64,000 nt of DNA from Bacteroidetes bacterium SCGC AAA795-G10 (GTDB lineage Bacteria; Bacteroidota; Bacteroidia; Flavobacteriales; Flavobacteriaceae). A program made the translations under genes and the position numbers. The notes under the pieces are model-generated. The model saw only the letters and a program-made list of their open reading frames with translations, had not been told where the DNA came from and did no database searches. Where the stretch lies: the NCBI GenBank assembly GCA_003130815.1, contig QFDA01000001.1, positions 1,429 to 65,428 of the forward strand, written 5' to 3'. Positions 28,163 through 38,605 of this stretch are shown piece by piece. Positions within the stretch are counted from its first letter, which is position 1; each line of letters begins with the position of its first letter.

Positions 28163-29353
28163 TGGGTCACCATCCATAAGCAATTCCTTTGGAGATTCGA
28201 GTGCCTCTTTAATTGCGACCAAAAAACCAACAGATTCACGACCATCTATTATCCTATGATCATATGAAAGTGCTAAATACATCATAGGGCGAACAACCAC
28301 CTTATCATCTATAACAACAGGACGCTTAATTATGTTGTGCATTCCTAATATACCTGATTGAGGAGGATTTATTATTGGTGTGGATAACATTGACCCAAAT
28401 ACACCTCCATTAGAAATTGTAAAGGTTCCTCCTGTCATATCATCAACAGTAATTTTACCCTCACGTGCTTTAATTGCTAAATGAGAAATTTCCTTCTCAA
28501 TTCCAGAAAAGCTCAACAATTCAGCATTACGAACTACTGGTACCATTAGGCCCTTTGGTCCTGAAACAGCAACACTTATATCACAATAATCATAAGAAAT
28601 TTTGTGATCCCCATCCATCATTGAATTAACATCAGGAAATAGTTTAAGTGCTCTGACAACAGCTTTAGTAAAAAAGCTCATAAAACCGAGTTTGACATTA
28701 TGCTTTTTTTGGAAATCATCTTTAAACTTGTTGCGAATTTTAAATACTTCATCCATATCAACCTCGTTAAAAGTGGTTAACATAGCAGTTTCATTTTTAG
28801 CTTCTACTAATCGTTCTGCAACTTTTCTTCTAAGCATTGAAAGTTTTTCACGATTTTGTTGACGCTCACCCCATTCAGGTTTAGACCCCATTGATGGGAT
28901 TGCATTTAATGCGTCGTTTTTAGTAATCCTACCTCCTCTTCCAGAACCTTTTATATCACTAGAATTGATACCTCTTTCATCAATAATTTTTTTAGCAGCA
29001 GGTGAGGGTGTTTGTGCAGCATAATTATTTGGAATTGGGGTCGCTTCATTTTTTTCTTTGTCAATTTCTAAATTTTTCTCAAAAGATTCTATCTTTTCGT
29101 TCGTCTTATTATCTTTTCCATCAGTATCAATTAGACAAACAATTGCTCCCACAGAAACTGCATCTCCCTCCTCGGCCTTGAGGGTTATTGTTCCGCTAAC
29201 TTCTGCAGGCAGTTCAAGAGTTGCTTTATCAGAATCTACTTCAGCAATTGCTTGATCTTTTTCCACATAATCACCATTGCTGACAAGCCATTGAGCAATT
29301 TCAACTTCGGTAATTGATTCTCCAGGAGAGGGAACTTTCATTTCTAAAATCAT
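28142..29353 (-). CDS. sucB: 2-oxoglutarate dehydrogenase E2, dihydrolipoyllysine-residue succinyltransferase
   Basis: Lipoyl domain ([13 protein letters not shown]), an E3-binding segment and the catalytic [12 protein letters not shown]. Confidence 0.9.
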   Translation of the reverse strand: MILEMKVPSPGESITEVEIAQWLVSNGDYVEKDQAIAEVDSDKATLELPAEVSGTITLKAEEGDAVSVGAIVCLIDTDGKDNKTNEKIESFEKNLEIDKEKNEATPIPNNYAAQTPSPAAKKIIDERGINSSDIKGSGRGGRITKNDALNAIPSMGSKPEWGERQQNREKLSMLRRKVAERLVEAKNETAMLTTFNEVDMDEVFKIRNKFKDDFQKKHNVKLGFMSFFTKAVVRALKLFPDVNSMMDGDHKISYDYCDISVAVSGPKGLMVPVVRNAELLSFSGIEKEISHLAIKAREGKITVDDMTGGTFTISNGGVFGSMLSTPIINPPQSGILGMHNIIKRPVVIDDKVVVRPMMYLALSYDHRIIDGRESVGFLVAIKEALESPKELLMDGDPLKTFEL

Positions 29354-29359
29354 GATACT

Positions 29360-32158
29360 TTATTTTTTAGTTTTTCTAATAAAATTATCTTTTGTTTTGT
29401 CAAAAACGTAGTCAATAACTTCTTTGTGACGTTTATTAAATCTTGTTGAGCTTCCAGCAGCAGGCGAACCATACATTCTTCTACTTGCTACCCTCATCAT
29501 TTTAACATCTGGTAAGTGAAGCAATAAGTGGCTCCAAGCGCCCATATTTCTTGGTTCCTCTTGAGCCCAAACAAAATCTTTAGAGTGCTTATACTTTGTA
29601 ATTAAATCTTTAATTTCTTTATCGGGTAATGGAAATAATTGTTCAATTCTAATTAAAGCAACATCATTCTCTCTTTTTCTTATGCTTCTTTCTTCGAGTA
29701 GATCATAATAAAATTTTCCTGTGCAAAAAACAACAGTTTCAGCAAATTTGATGTTTACCTTTGAATCATCAATTATAGTTTTAAAACTTGAATTTGTGAA
29801 ATCATCTATGTTAGAAATTGCCTTTGGGTGACGGAGAAGACTTTTAGGAGAAAAAATAATCAATGGTTTTCTATATTTTGCTTTAAGCTGGCGCCTTAGC
29901 ACGTGGAATAGGTTTGCAGGAGTCGTACAATTAACTACAAACATATTGTCTTTAGCACACATTTGTAAATACCTTTCAACTCTAGCTGAAGAATGTTCAG
30001 CTCCCTGACCTTCATAACCGTGCGGCAACATTAAAACTATACCATTTTGTAATTTCCATTTATCCTCCGCTGAAGTTATGTATTGATCAATAATTATTTG
30101 TGCTCCATTTGAAAAATCTCCAAATTGGGCTTCCCAAATCGTTAATGAATTAGGACTTGTCATTGAGTAACCATAATCATAACCTAAGACTCCATACTCG
30201 GATAATAAAGAATTAAAAATTCTAAATCTACCTTGTTCTTTGTCAATATTATTTAGAAGAATAATTTCTTCCTCAGAATCCTCATCAACTAAAATGGCAT
30301 GACGATGTGAAAATGTACCTCTTTCTACATCCTGTCCAGAGAGTCTTATGTCATGACCTTCTAATAACAATGTTCCATATGCGAGAAGTTCTCCCATAGC
30401 CCAGTCCAAAGTTTTTGAATCAAAAAACATTTTTTTTCTTTCAGAGATAAGCTTTTCAGCCTTTCTTAAAAATTTCTTAGTGCTAGGTAGCTTTGAGATT
30501 GCATTGGCAACTTTCTCAAGGGATTTTCTGTCAATTTTTGTAGTTACTTGTTTTTTCATCGCAAACTCATCAACCCTTTCTAAATATGGTGCTATGTTTT
30601 TCCATTCATCATACATAAAAGGATTAATAAAAGTTTTACTTACTTTTCTTGAGTCTTCAAGATTTTTTTCTAGAAATTCCTTGTATTCTTTTTCTAAAGA
30701 TTTTATATGAGTTTTTTCGATTATACCCTCCTCAATTAATTTTTTTGCGTAGATATCTCTACAATTTAGATGTTTAGAAATATTTTTATAAAGTTTAGGC
30801 TGTGTGAATCTGGGCTCGTCTCCTTCGTTATGACCATATTTTCTATAACCAAGAAGGTCAATAAACACATCGCTTTTAAACTTCATTCTATAATTTAAAG
30901 CAAAAAGGACAGCATGAATCACCGCTTCTACATCGTCTGCATTAACATGCATAACAGGAGATAATGTAACTTTCCCAACGTCTGTGCAGTATGTACTTGA
31001 TCGTGCATCTAAATAATTTGTTGTGAAACCTATTTGGTTATTAACAATTATATGAATAGTTCCACCTGTTGAATATCCTTTTAGAGCTGCCATTTGAACT
31101 ATTTCATATGCAAGCCCCTGTCCCGCAATTGCGGCGTCACCATGAACAAGTATTGGGAGTACTTTCGAAGTATCACCTGAATGATTATTATCGAGTTTTG
31201 CTCTTGCAATTCCTTGGACAACAGCTCCTACTGTTTCTAAATGTGAAGGATTTGGAGCAAGGCTTATATTAATTTGTTTTCCATCATTATTTGGGTCTAT
31301 TTTTGAAGTCCACCCTAGATGATATTTCACATCGCCATCAAATACTTCGTCATCATAATCTTTACCATCAAACTCACTGAAAATATCTTTTGTCGATTTT
31401 CCAAAAATATTTGCTAGAGTATTCAATCTTCCTCTGTGAGCCATTCCCATCACAAATTCTTCAACACCCAAATTATCAGCTTCTAAAATTAAAGCATCAA
31501 GTGCGGGTATCAATGACTCACCTCCTTCTAAAGAAAATCTTTTTTGACCAACATACTTAGTATGTAAAAAGTTTTCAAAACTTACAGCTTGATTTAATTT
31601 TTTTAAAATATTTTTTTTCTTTTCTACTGAAAACTCTGGATGGTTATCGTTTACATTCAGTCGTTGCTGAATCCAATTAACCCTTTCTGGATTCCTAATA
31701 TACATGTACTCTACACCAATCGAGCTGCAATAAATTCTTTGTAAGTGTTTTATAATGTCGTTTAAAGAACTTGGACCAATTCCCATTATCTCACCCGCAT
31801 TAAATACAATTGACAGGTCTTCATTTGAAAGTCCAAAATTCTCAATATCTAATGTTGGCTGATATTTTCGGCGTTCCCTTACTGGATTCGTTCTAGTGAA
31901 CAAGTGACCTCTAGTTCTGTATCCGTCAATTAATTTAACTACTTTAAATTCTTTCTGTAAGTGTTCGGGTATTTCAACATTTTTAGTTTCATTTGAAGCT
32001 ATCAACTCATTTATTCCATTACTTTCCAAACCAAAATCAAAGCCTTGAAAAAAAGCTCTCCAGCTAGGCTCAACTTTGTCTGGATCTTGCAAATATTGAT
32101 CATACAAATCAGCGAAATATGCTGTATGAGCAGTGTTCAGGAATGAATAATTATCCAT
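29360..32158 (-). CDS. sucA: 2-oxoglutarate dehydrogenase E1 component
   Basis: 932 aa with the N-terminus FLNTAHTAYFADLYDQYLQDP and ThDP-binding region GDAAIAGQG. Confidence 0.95.
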   Translation of the reverse strand: MDNYSFLNTAHTAYFADLYDQYLQDPDKVEPSWRAFFQGFDFGLESNGINELIASNETKNVEIPEHLQKEFKVVKLIDGYRTRGHLFTRTNPVRERRKYQPTLDIENFGLSNEDLSIVFNAGEIMGIGPSSLNDIIKHLQRIYCSSIGVEYMYIRNPERVNWIQQRLNVNDNHPEFSVEKKKNILKKLNQAVSFENFLHTKYVGQKRFSLEGGESLIPALDALILEADNLGVEEFVMGMAHRGRLNTLANIFGKSTKDIFSEFDGKDYDDEVFDGDVKYHLGWTSKIDPNNDGKQINISLAPNPSHLETVGAVVQGIARAKLDNNHSGDTSKVLPILVHGDAAIAGQGLAYEIVQMAALKGYSTGGTIHIIVNNQIGFTTNYLDARSSTYCTDVGKVTLSPVMHVNADDVEAVIHAVLFALNYRMKFKSDVFIDLLGYRKYGHNEGDEPRFTQPKLYKNISKHLNCRDIYAKKLIEEGIIEKTHIKSLEKEYKEFLEKNLEDSRKVSKTFINPFMYDEWKNIAPYLERVDEFAMKKQVTTKIDRKSLEKVANAISKLPSTKKFLRKAEKLISERKKMFFDSKTLDWAMGELLAYGTLLLEGHDIRLSGQDVERGTFSHRHAILVDEDSEEEIILLNNIDKEQGRFRIFNSLLSEYGVLGYDYGYSMTSPNSLTIWEAQFGDFSNGAQIIIDQYITSAEDKWKLQNGIVLMLPHGYEGQGAEHSSARVERYLQMCAKDNMFVVNCTTPANLFHVLRRQLKAKYRKPLIIFSPKSLLRHPKAISNIDDFTNSSFKTIIDDSKVNIKFAETVVFCTGKFYYDLLEERSIRKRENDVALIRIEQLFPLPDKEIKDLITKYKHSKDFVWAQEEPRNMGAWSHLLLHLPDVKMMRVASRRMYGSPAAGSSTRFNKRHKEVIDYVFDKTKDNFIRKTKK

Positions 32159-32187
32159 GTAGTTGAGTCAGTACAAATTCTTGATTA

Positions 32188-32195
32188 CAAAATTA
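32188..32195 (-). promoter_or_regulatory. Candidate -7 box (TAnnTTTG) for sucAB
   Basis: The minus strand reads taattttg, 29 nt upstream of the sucA ATG. Confidence 0.35.
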
Positions 32196-32333
32196 CAATT
32201 TTTGCCTTAAGTGTCTTTGGATTTGAATAAAAATAGTTTCCTAGATAAATTTTATTTAAAAATGAAATTGAATAGTGAAAAACTTTTCTAAAAATCAGGT
32301 TTTCAAATGCAAACATTTTAATACCTTTTTTAC

Positions 32334-33593
32334 ATGTTTGCATTAGTGGATTGTAATAACTTTTATGCTTCGTGTGAGCGTGTTTTTCAGCCACAGTGGG
32401 AAGGAAAACCCATTGTAATCCTTTCAAATAATGATGGTTGTGTTATTTCGCGAAGCAACGAAGCAAAAAAATTGGGTATTCCTATGGGAGCTCCTGCTTT
32501 TAAATATCAGGTACAATTCAAAAGACAAGGAATAAAAGTTTTTTCATCTAACTATCCTCTTTATGGCGACATGAGTAGTCGGGTGATGTCTATATTGGAA
32601 AAGTTTACTCCAAATGTTGAGATCTACAGTATTGATGAAGCTTTTTTGGAATTTAAGGGCTTTGATTTCTTTGATTTAGAAGGAGAAGGAATGAGAATGA
32701 AAAAACAGATCCAAAAGTGGACAGGGATACCTATTTCAATAGGAATAGCGCCAAGTAAGGCTTTGGCAAAAATAGCTAATAAAATTGCTAAAAAATTTAG
32801 TTTAGATACAGGAGGTGTTTATTGTATTAATAACGAGAAAAAAAGAGTTAAGGCATTAAAATGGACAAAAATAGGTGACGTCTGGGGTATAGGACGTCAA
32901 CATAAAAAACGGCTTGAATATTTAGGTATTGAAAATGCATGGCAATTCACTCTATTATCTGAAGACTGGGTTAAAAAACATATGTCTGTGGTAGGAGTCC
33001 GAATAAAAAGAGATCTGATGGGTCTTCCTACCATTCAATTGGAGGAAATTCAACCACCAAAAAAATGTATTGCCACTACTCGTAGCTTTGAAGGTACTAT
33101 AAGTAAATTCTCGGATTTAGAAGAACGCATTTCAACGTTTGCAAGTAGCTGTGCTGAAAAAATGCGAAAGCAGCAGAGTAGTTGTAGTACGATGTTAGTG
33201 TTTATCAAGAGTGATCCTCACAAAAAAAATACTGTTCCCTATCAAAATAGCTATGTCCTTAATCTTCCTTACATAACAGATTCCAATATCGTGCTAAGTA
33301 AATACGCAGTGATTGGACTAAAAAAAATTTTTAAAAAGGGTATTTCCTATAAAAAAGCGGGTGTAATGATTATGGGTCTTAATCCCACAACAAAGCGTCA
33401 ATTGAGTCTTTTTGACAACAATAATGTCAAGCATATTTCTATAATGCAGAGTGTGGACAAAATTCACAAACGTTTCGGCCCACACAAAATAAAGCTAGCC
33501 AATCAAGACTTAAATCGTACTTGGAAAATGAAACAACAATATTTATCAAGTCGTTTTACAACAGAACTTAGCGAAATAATTACGGTAAAATAG
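32334..33593 (+). CDS. umuC: Y-family translesion DNA polymerase (UmuC-like)
   Basis: MFALVDCNNFYASCERVF N-terminus and SIDEAFL catalytic motif; 419 aa. Confidence 0.9.
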   Translation: MFALVDCNNFYASCERVFQPQWEGKPIVILSNNDGCVISRSNEAKKLGIPMGAPAFKYQVQFKRQGIKVFSSNYPLYGDMSSRVMSILEKFTPNVEIYSIDEAFLEFKGFDFFDLEGEGMRMKKQIQKWTGIPISIGIAPSKALAKIANKIAKKFSLDTGGVYCINNEKKRVKALKWTKIGDVWGIGRQHKKRLEYLGIENAWQFTLLSEDWVKKHMSVVGVRIKRDLMGLPTIQLEEIQPPKKCIATTRSFEGTISKFSDLEERISTFASSCAEKMRKQQSSCSTMLVFIKSDPHKKNTVPYQNSYVLNLPYITDSNIVLSKYAVIGLKKIFKKGISYKKAGVMIMGLNPTTKRQLSLFDNNNVKHISIMQSVDKIHKRFGPHKIKLANQDLNRTWKMKQQYLSSRFTTELSEIITVK

Positions 33594-33597
33594 TCCT

Positions 33598-34029
33598 ATG
33601 CATAATAAGAAATTAGTTTTTTTTCATCCAAATCAAGAACAGAAAAAAAGAATGCATTTAGCAGAAGAAGGGATTTCTGCAGGATTTCCTTCCCCTGCTG
33701 ATGATTTCAAAGAGTTAAGGATTAGTATTGATCAGGAGGTAGTTCGAAATGAAGAATCAACATTCTATGCTAGGGTCTCCGGAGAATCAATGCAAGGTGC
33801 AGGTCTTGACAATGGTGATCTTTTAGTAATTGATCGGAGCATAGAACCTCAGAATGATAGGATAGCTGTATGCTTTATTGACGGAGCTTTTACAGTAAAG
33901 CGACTTAAGGTAGAGGTCGATTGTATATATCTTATGCCTGAAAATAAAAATTATAAGCCGATAAAAGTTAATGCAGAGGATGAATTAGTTATTTGGGGCA
34001 TTGTAACATATGTTGTTAAAAAAGTGTAA
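33598..34029 (+). CDS. umuD: S24 peptidase, UmuD-like autoproteolytic subunit
   Basis: Ala-Gly cleavage context (ISAGFPSPA) and a Ser/Lys dyad (SGESM ... TVKRL); 143 aa with no HTH domain. Confidence 0.8.
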   Translation: MHNKKLVFFHPNQEQKKRMHLAEEGISAGFPSPADDFKELRISIDQEVVRNEESTFYARVSGESMQGAGLDNGDLLVIDRSIEPQNDRIAVCFIDGAFTVKRLKVEVDCIYLMPENKNYKPIKVNAEDELVIWGIVTYVVKKV

Positions 34030-34035
34030 ATCAAG

Positions 34036-34641
34036 TTATTCCATTAATACTTTATGAAAAAGTTTAGTTAGGAATGTGGCTAATTGGTCACTACTAAAGT
34101 TAATATTAGATGTATGTGTGGCTAAAAAAAGTTCCGGTGGTGAGCCGACTAACATAAAACTGAGAAGAAGAAACTCATACTTTTCTGTGAAAGCTTTTAT
34201 TTTTAAATCAGATTTTAAATCTCTATTTAAATTCTTTACTATAGTTTTAATTATCTCACTTTGGTAGGAACTTTGGCGAATTTGAGCTTGATTTAAAATA
34301 TGAAACTGGATCATTTCTTTAGTTCCTATAAGGTCAAAATAGCATTTAAATGTTCCATATAGATAGTCGTAAACATTTTTGCTTTCACGTCGTGTTTGTT
34401 GAATAGCAGATTTAATCTTTTTATTTAGCTCATCAATAAGACAGTCGAAAAGACTTTGTGTATCAGTAAAATAATTATAGAATGTACCTCTTGCTATCTC
34501 GCTTTTTTGAACTATATCCGCAACCGTTGTTTTTTCTAAACCTCTTTTAGAAAACAAAAGTAAAGCCTCTTTCATTAAACGCTTGCGAACTTGCTCTTTT
34601 TGAGAAGCTCTCTTACCTAAAATGATTATTGGTTCGTTCAT
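34036..34641 (-). CDS. TetR/AcrR family transcriptional regulator
   Basis: N-terminal HTH TTVADIVQKSEIARGTFYNYF. It abuts the thiolase stop with no gap. Confidence 0.85.
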   Translation of the reverse strand: MNEPIIILGKRASQKEQVRKRLMKEALLLFSKRGLEKTTVADIVQKSEIARGTFYNYFTDTQSLFDCLIDELNKKIKSAIQQTRRESKNVYDYLYGTFKCYFDLIGTKEMIQFHILNQAQIRQSSYQSEIIKTIVKNLNRDLKSDLKIKAFTEKYEFLLLSFMLVGSPPELFLATHTSNINFSSDQLATFLTKLFHKVLME

Positions 34642-35811
34642 TTATAAACGTTCAAAAATTCCTGAGATCCCCTGACCTCCACCAACACATGCTGTTACCA
34701 TACCGTAACGTTGATTTCTCTTTTTCATTTCATCTAAGAGCTGAATGCTTAACTTTGCTCCTGTACATCCTAAAGGATGGCCTAGAGCAATAGCACCTCC
34801 ATTGACATTTACTTTTTTAGGATCAAGTTTAGCCTCCTGAATTACAGCTAATGCTTGAGCTGCAAACGCCTCATTTAACTCTATTAAATCAATATCCTCT
34901 AATTTTAGGCCTGCTTGATTTAATGCTTTTGGTATTGCAACACAAGGACCTATTCCCATATATAATGGATCTACACCCCCAACCGAGCAAGATACTAACC
35001 TGGCAATAGGATTTAAATTATATTCTTTTAATATTGATTCACTAACAACTAAAACAAATGCTGCTCCATCTGAAGTTTGAGATGCGTTTCCAGCAGTTAT
35101 AATTCCTCCTTTTTTAAAAACAGGGTTTAATTTTGCAAGTCCCTCTAGTGTGGTGTCTCTTCTAACTCCTTCATCTGTATCTACCAAGTTTGTCGTTGTC
35201 GTACGCAGTCCATTTTCTACAAAAATTTCATTTACATTTATTGGAACAATTTGGTTCTTAAATACTCCTGAATCTATAGCTTTGCCTGCCTTTTTATGGG
35301 ATTCATAAGAAAATTTATCCGCATCTTCTCTGCTAATATTATATTTTTCTGCAACTGCCTCAGCAGTGTGACCCATACTTATGTGATAATTAATGTTTTC
35401 AATATTTGCTTTATAACTTGGTGCTAATTTATAACCAGTCATTGGAATCATGCTCATACTTTCAGCACCACCAGCGATAAAAATCTCTCCAAAACCCGCT
35501 TTAATCTTCCCTACAGCAAGAGCTATTGCTTCAAGCCCTGATGCGCAATATCGATTAATTGTTATACCAGCAACTTCTTTGCCTAGAGATCTTGCAGAGA
35601 TTAATCTACCTATCTGAAGTCCCTGCTCTCCCTCCGGATTTGCACAACCAACAATTACGTCATCAACTTGTTTAGGTGTAATTTCATTTACTGATTCCAT
35701 CAAATGTTTTATGACATCTACTGCTAAATCATCTGAGCGATAATTTTTAAAACCTCCTTTCTTCGATTTAGTTACAGCTGATCTATATCCCTTAACAATA
35801 TATGCTTCCAT
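34642..35811 (-). CDS. fadA: Acetyl-CoA C-acyltransferase (thiolase)
   Basis: Active-site [10 protein letters not shown], then [16 protein letters not shown] and CVGGGQG. Confidence 0.9.
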   Translation of the reverse strand: MEAYIVKGYRSAVTKSKKGGFKNYRSDDLAVDVIKHLMESVNEITPKQVDDVIVGCANPEGEQGLQIGRLISARSLGKEVAGITINRYCASGLEAIALAVGKIKAGFGEIFIAGGAESMSMIPMTGYKLAPSYKANIENINYHISMGHTAEAVAEKYNISREDADKFSYESHKKAGKAIDSGVFKNQIVPINVNEIFVENGLRTTTTNLVDTDEGVRRDTTLEGLAKLNPVFKKGGIITAGNASQTSDGAAFVLVVSESILKEYNLNPIARLVSCSVGGVDPLYMGIGPCVAIPKALNQAGLKLEDIDLIELNEAFAAQALAVIQEAKLDPKKVNVNGGAIALGHPLGCTGAKLSIQLLDEMKKRNQRYGMVTACVGGGQGISGIFERL

Positions 35812-35814
35812 TAT

Positions 35815-38205
35815 TTAGTTTCTTAAAGGTTTGTTGTTCATCAATAAATATTGAATTCGATCTAGAGTTTTTTGATTCCCAAGTAAACTCATAAATCCTT
35901 CACGTTCTATTTCTAATAAATATTTTTCACTGACTTTTTGTGGTGATGTTAAATCTCCTCCACAAATCACATTAGCAATTTTACGAGCGATTTCAACATC
36001 ATAATCAGACATATACTCTCCCATTCTAAACTCATTAATTGCAGAATAAAGAACACTTACTCCTCCTCTCCCTAAAACATAAATATCATCTCTAAATGAA
36101 GGAGGCATGTAGTTTTTTGATAACTCCAAAACTTTTTCTTTAGCTAATATCAAATTCATAGGAGCATTAACAGATACAAAATCACGCTCTCTGTTTAGAT
36201 ATCCTAAGTCATATGCTTCATGAGCTGATGTGGATACTGCGGCTGTTGCAATTGACTTGAAATATCTTATAAGTGTTGGAGTTTGAACATCCCCATCAAA
36301 AAAATCATTTGATGCTCTTAGAGCAAATTCTTTTGTACCGCCACCACCAGGTAGAAGACCTACACCAACTTCAACTAAACCTATATAAGATTCGGCAGCA
36401 TAGATACCGGCATCACAATGCATTGATATTTCACATCCTCCTCCAAACACGTAGCCTTGAGTTGCAACTACAACAGGTATTTTAGAGGTTCTAATTCTCA
36501 TATTAATTTTTTGAAAATCAGAAACAAATTTGTCTAGAACTTCGTACTGTTTTTGCATTGCTAACATTCCAATATTCATCAAATTAGCTCCGACAGAAAA
36601 TTGTTTTGCGTTATTACCTATCACAAGACCATTCCAATCTCCTTGCTCGGCAATTTCTATAATTTCATATAAACCTTTTCCTATGCCCTCTCCAATTGAA
36701 TTGCTTTTACTTGTAAACTCGAAGCATAAAACCCCATCTCCTATATCATGAACTTCACATTCACTGTTTTTTAATACTGGAGAGTTTTTACGATAACTAT
36801 CTAAGATTATAAATGTCTCTCTACCTGGTAATAATTCATATTTGCTAGATTGAATATTAAAGTATTTCTTTTGGCCGTTTTCAAATTTATAGAATGAGTT
36901 TCCCCCAGATTCTTTCAAATTTATAATCCATTTTGGAACTGATCCACCTTTGGCTTCTATAAGTTCAATACCCTTATCTAAACCTAATAAGTCCCAATAT
37001 TCAAAAGGGCCATAATCCCATACATACCCGGTTCGCATTGCATCATCTATTGGATAATACTGATCTGATATTTCTGGAACTCTTGAAGCAGAATATTCCA
37101 AGAGGGTTGCAAAATAGTCTTTGAAAAACTTTTGTTCTTTTGAATTACCATCGATAAGATAGTTTAATCTTTTGTTCATTAATCCAATAGCCTTTGCTGA
37201 TTTTACAATTTCTAATTTGGGACTTATGGCAGGCTCATATTCAAGTGTTTCTAGATTTAATGCGTTTATTATAGTTTTACCTTTAGCATCCTTTTTCTTG
37301 GTTTTTTCATAGAATCCTTTGCCTGTTTTATTTCCAAGAAATTTATTTTCTAAAAGGAAACGCATAAACTTGGGCTCTTGCAACTTTTTTAATGAATTTA
37401 TGTATTTGTCATTTTGAACATTTTCCATAACAAAACGGCTTACATTATCACCAGTATCTAATCCAACTAAATCTTGTAATCTAAAACTTGCTGTATTTGG
37501 CCTTCCGATTAAAGAGCCTGTCATAGAATCAATTTCTTCTATTTTAAATTTATATTTTTCGGTAAGTAAGGTGATTTCTGTTCCTGATATTACACCAATA
37601 CGATTTCCAATAAATGCAGGAGTATCTTTGCATAAAACAGTCTGTTTACCTAAGGTAATTTTTCCAAAATCCATAAAAAATTTAACAACTTCAGGTAAAG
37701 TATTTTCAGTAGGGATAATTTCTAGTAGCCTTAGATATCTAGCTGGATTAAAAAAATGTGTCCCACAAAAATGAGATTTGAAAGATTCTGAGCGTCCCTC
37801 AGATAGAAGTTTAATAGGAATACTTGATGTATTGGAACTTACTAAACTTTTCTCATTTCTGAACTGATCAACTTTTTTTAAAATCTCCTTTTTTATGTCA
37901 AGACGCTCTATAACAACTTCAATAACCCAGTCGGCGTCTGCTACTTTTTCAAAATCATCTTCAAAGTTTCCAGTTTTAATTCGAGAGGCAAAACTCTTAT
38001 TGTATAAAGGTGCTGGTTTTGACTTTAAAGCATTTTGTAGTGCATTGCTTGCTACTGAATCACGAGGTAATTTAACTTGTTTTGGATGATCTGGTAAAAT
38101 ATCAAGCATTAAAACTTCCATGCCAACATTGGCCAAATGACAAGCTATTCCAGAGCCCATTACTCCTGATCCTAAGACAACTGCTTTTTTTAGGCGATAC
38201 TTCAC
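35815..38205 (-). CDS. Bifunctional 3-hydroxyacyl-CoA dehydrogenase / enoyl-CoA hydratase
   Basis: N-terminal Rossmann VLGSGVMGSGIA (3HCDH) and a C-terminal crotonase fold (GYVFGGGCEISMHCD). The domain order is dehydrogenase first. Confidence 0.85.
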   Translation of the reverse strand: MKYRLKKAVVLGSGVMGSGIACHLANVGMEVLMLDILPDHPKQVKLPRDSVASNALQNALKSKPAPLYNKSFASRIKTGNFEDDFEKVADADWVIEVVIERLDIKKEILKKVDQFRNEKSLVSSNTSSIPIKLLSEGRSESFKSHFCGTHFFNPARYLRLLEIIPTENTLPEVVKFFMDFGKITLGKQTVLCKDTPAFIGNRIGVISGTEITLLTEKYKFKIEEIDSMTGSLIGRPNTASFRLQDLVGLDTGDNVSRFVMENVQNDKYINSLKKLQEPKFMRFLLENKFLGNKTGKGFYEKTKKKDAKGKTIINALNLETLEYEPAISPKLEIVKSAKAIGLMNKRLNYLIDGNSKEQKFFKDYFATLLEYSASRVPEISDQYYPIDDAMRTGYVWDYGPFEYWDLLGLDKGIELIEAKGGSVPKWIINLKESGGNSFYKFENGQKKYFNIQSSKYELLPGRETFIILDSYRKNSPVLKNSECEVHDIGDGVLCFEFTSKSNSIGEGIGKGLYEIIEIAEQGDWNGLVIGNNAKQFSVGANLMNIGMLAMQKQYEVLDKFVSDFQKINMRIRTSKIPVVVATQGYVFGGGCEISMHCDAGIYAAESYIGLVEVGVGLLPGGGGTKEFALRASNDFFDGDVQTPTLIRYFKSIATAAVSTSAHEAYDLGYLNRERDFVSVNAPMNLILAKEKVLELSKNYMPPSFRDDIYVLGRGGVSVLYSAINEFRMGEYMSDYDVEIARKIANVICGGDLTSPQKVSEKYLLEIEREGFMSLLGNQKTLDRIQYLLMNNKPLRN

Positions 38206-38242
38206 AGTATTTATTTACGTTGTCTAATCTAAATAAAAAATA

Positions 38243-38255
38243 TGACACCGTGTCA
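38243..38255. promoter_or_regulatory. Perfect 13-bp palindrome TGACACcGTGTCA, a candidate TetR operator
   Basis: It is centred in the 85-bp divergent region, 37 nt from the fadB-like start and 35 nt from the SCP2 start. It is GC-richer than its surroundings. Confidence 0.4.
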
Positions 38256-38290
38256 CTTTTTATTTTTACTTTTAAGAAAATTTATATAAA

Positions 38291-38587
38291 ATGAGTCTAG
38301 AAAAAATGATAGCCCAATTCGAAAAGAGGGCATCAGCTTCAGAGCCAATTGGTGGAAAACTTAAATTCGAAGTAGACGGTGTTGGAATTCTTATAGACGG
38401 AACATCAGATACCAATATTGTAAAAGCATCAGACGATGAAGCGGATTGCACCATAAGCCTTACAGCTGAGGTATTGAGAAAACTGCGTGATGGCGAATTA
38501 AACCCAATGATGGCTGTTATGGGGGGAGAGATAAAAATTAGTGGCGACATGGGATTAGCGATGAAAGTGCAGTCGCTAATGGGTTAG
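38291..38587 (+). CDS. SCP2 sterol/lipid-carrier domain protein
   Basis: 98 aa with GGKLKFEVDGVGILIDG ... LNPMMAVMGGEIKISGDMGLAMKV, a typical SCP-2 fold sequence. Confidence 0.75.
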   Translation: MSLEKMIAQFEKRASASEPIGGKLKFEVDGVGILIDGTSDTNIVKASDDEADCTISLTAEVLRKLRDGELNPMMAVMGGEIKISGDMGLAMKVQSLMG

Positions 38588-38605
38588 TTAATTCTTAAAT
38601 CTAAT

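Noticed and set aside
32172-32199. Three TACAA(A/T) copies upstream of umuC were considered as a possible SOS-type operator.
   Set aside because: They lie more than 130 nt upstream of umuC but only 14-40 nt from the sucA start. One copy overlaps the candidate sucA -7 box on the other strand. A short AT-rich motif like this is easily produced by chance.
38272-38550. A 92-aa minus-strand ORF overlaps the SCP2 gene.
   Set aside because: The plus-strand frame gives a clean SCP2 domain. The antisense translation is low-complexity Ser/Pro/Ile with no motif.
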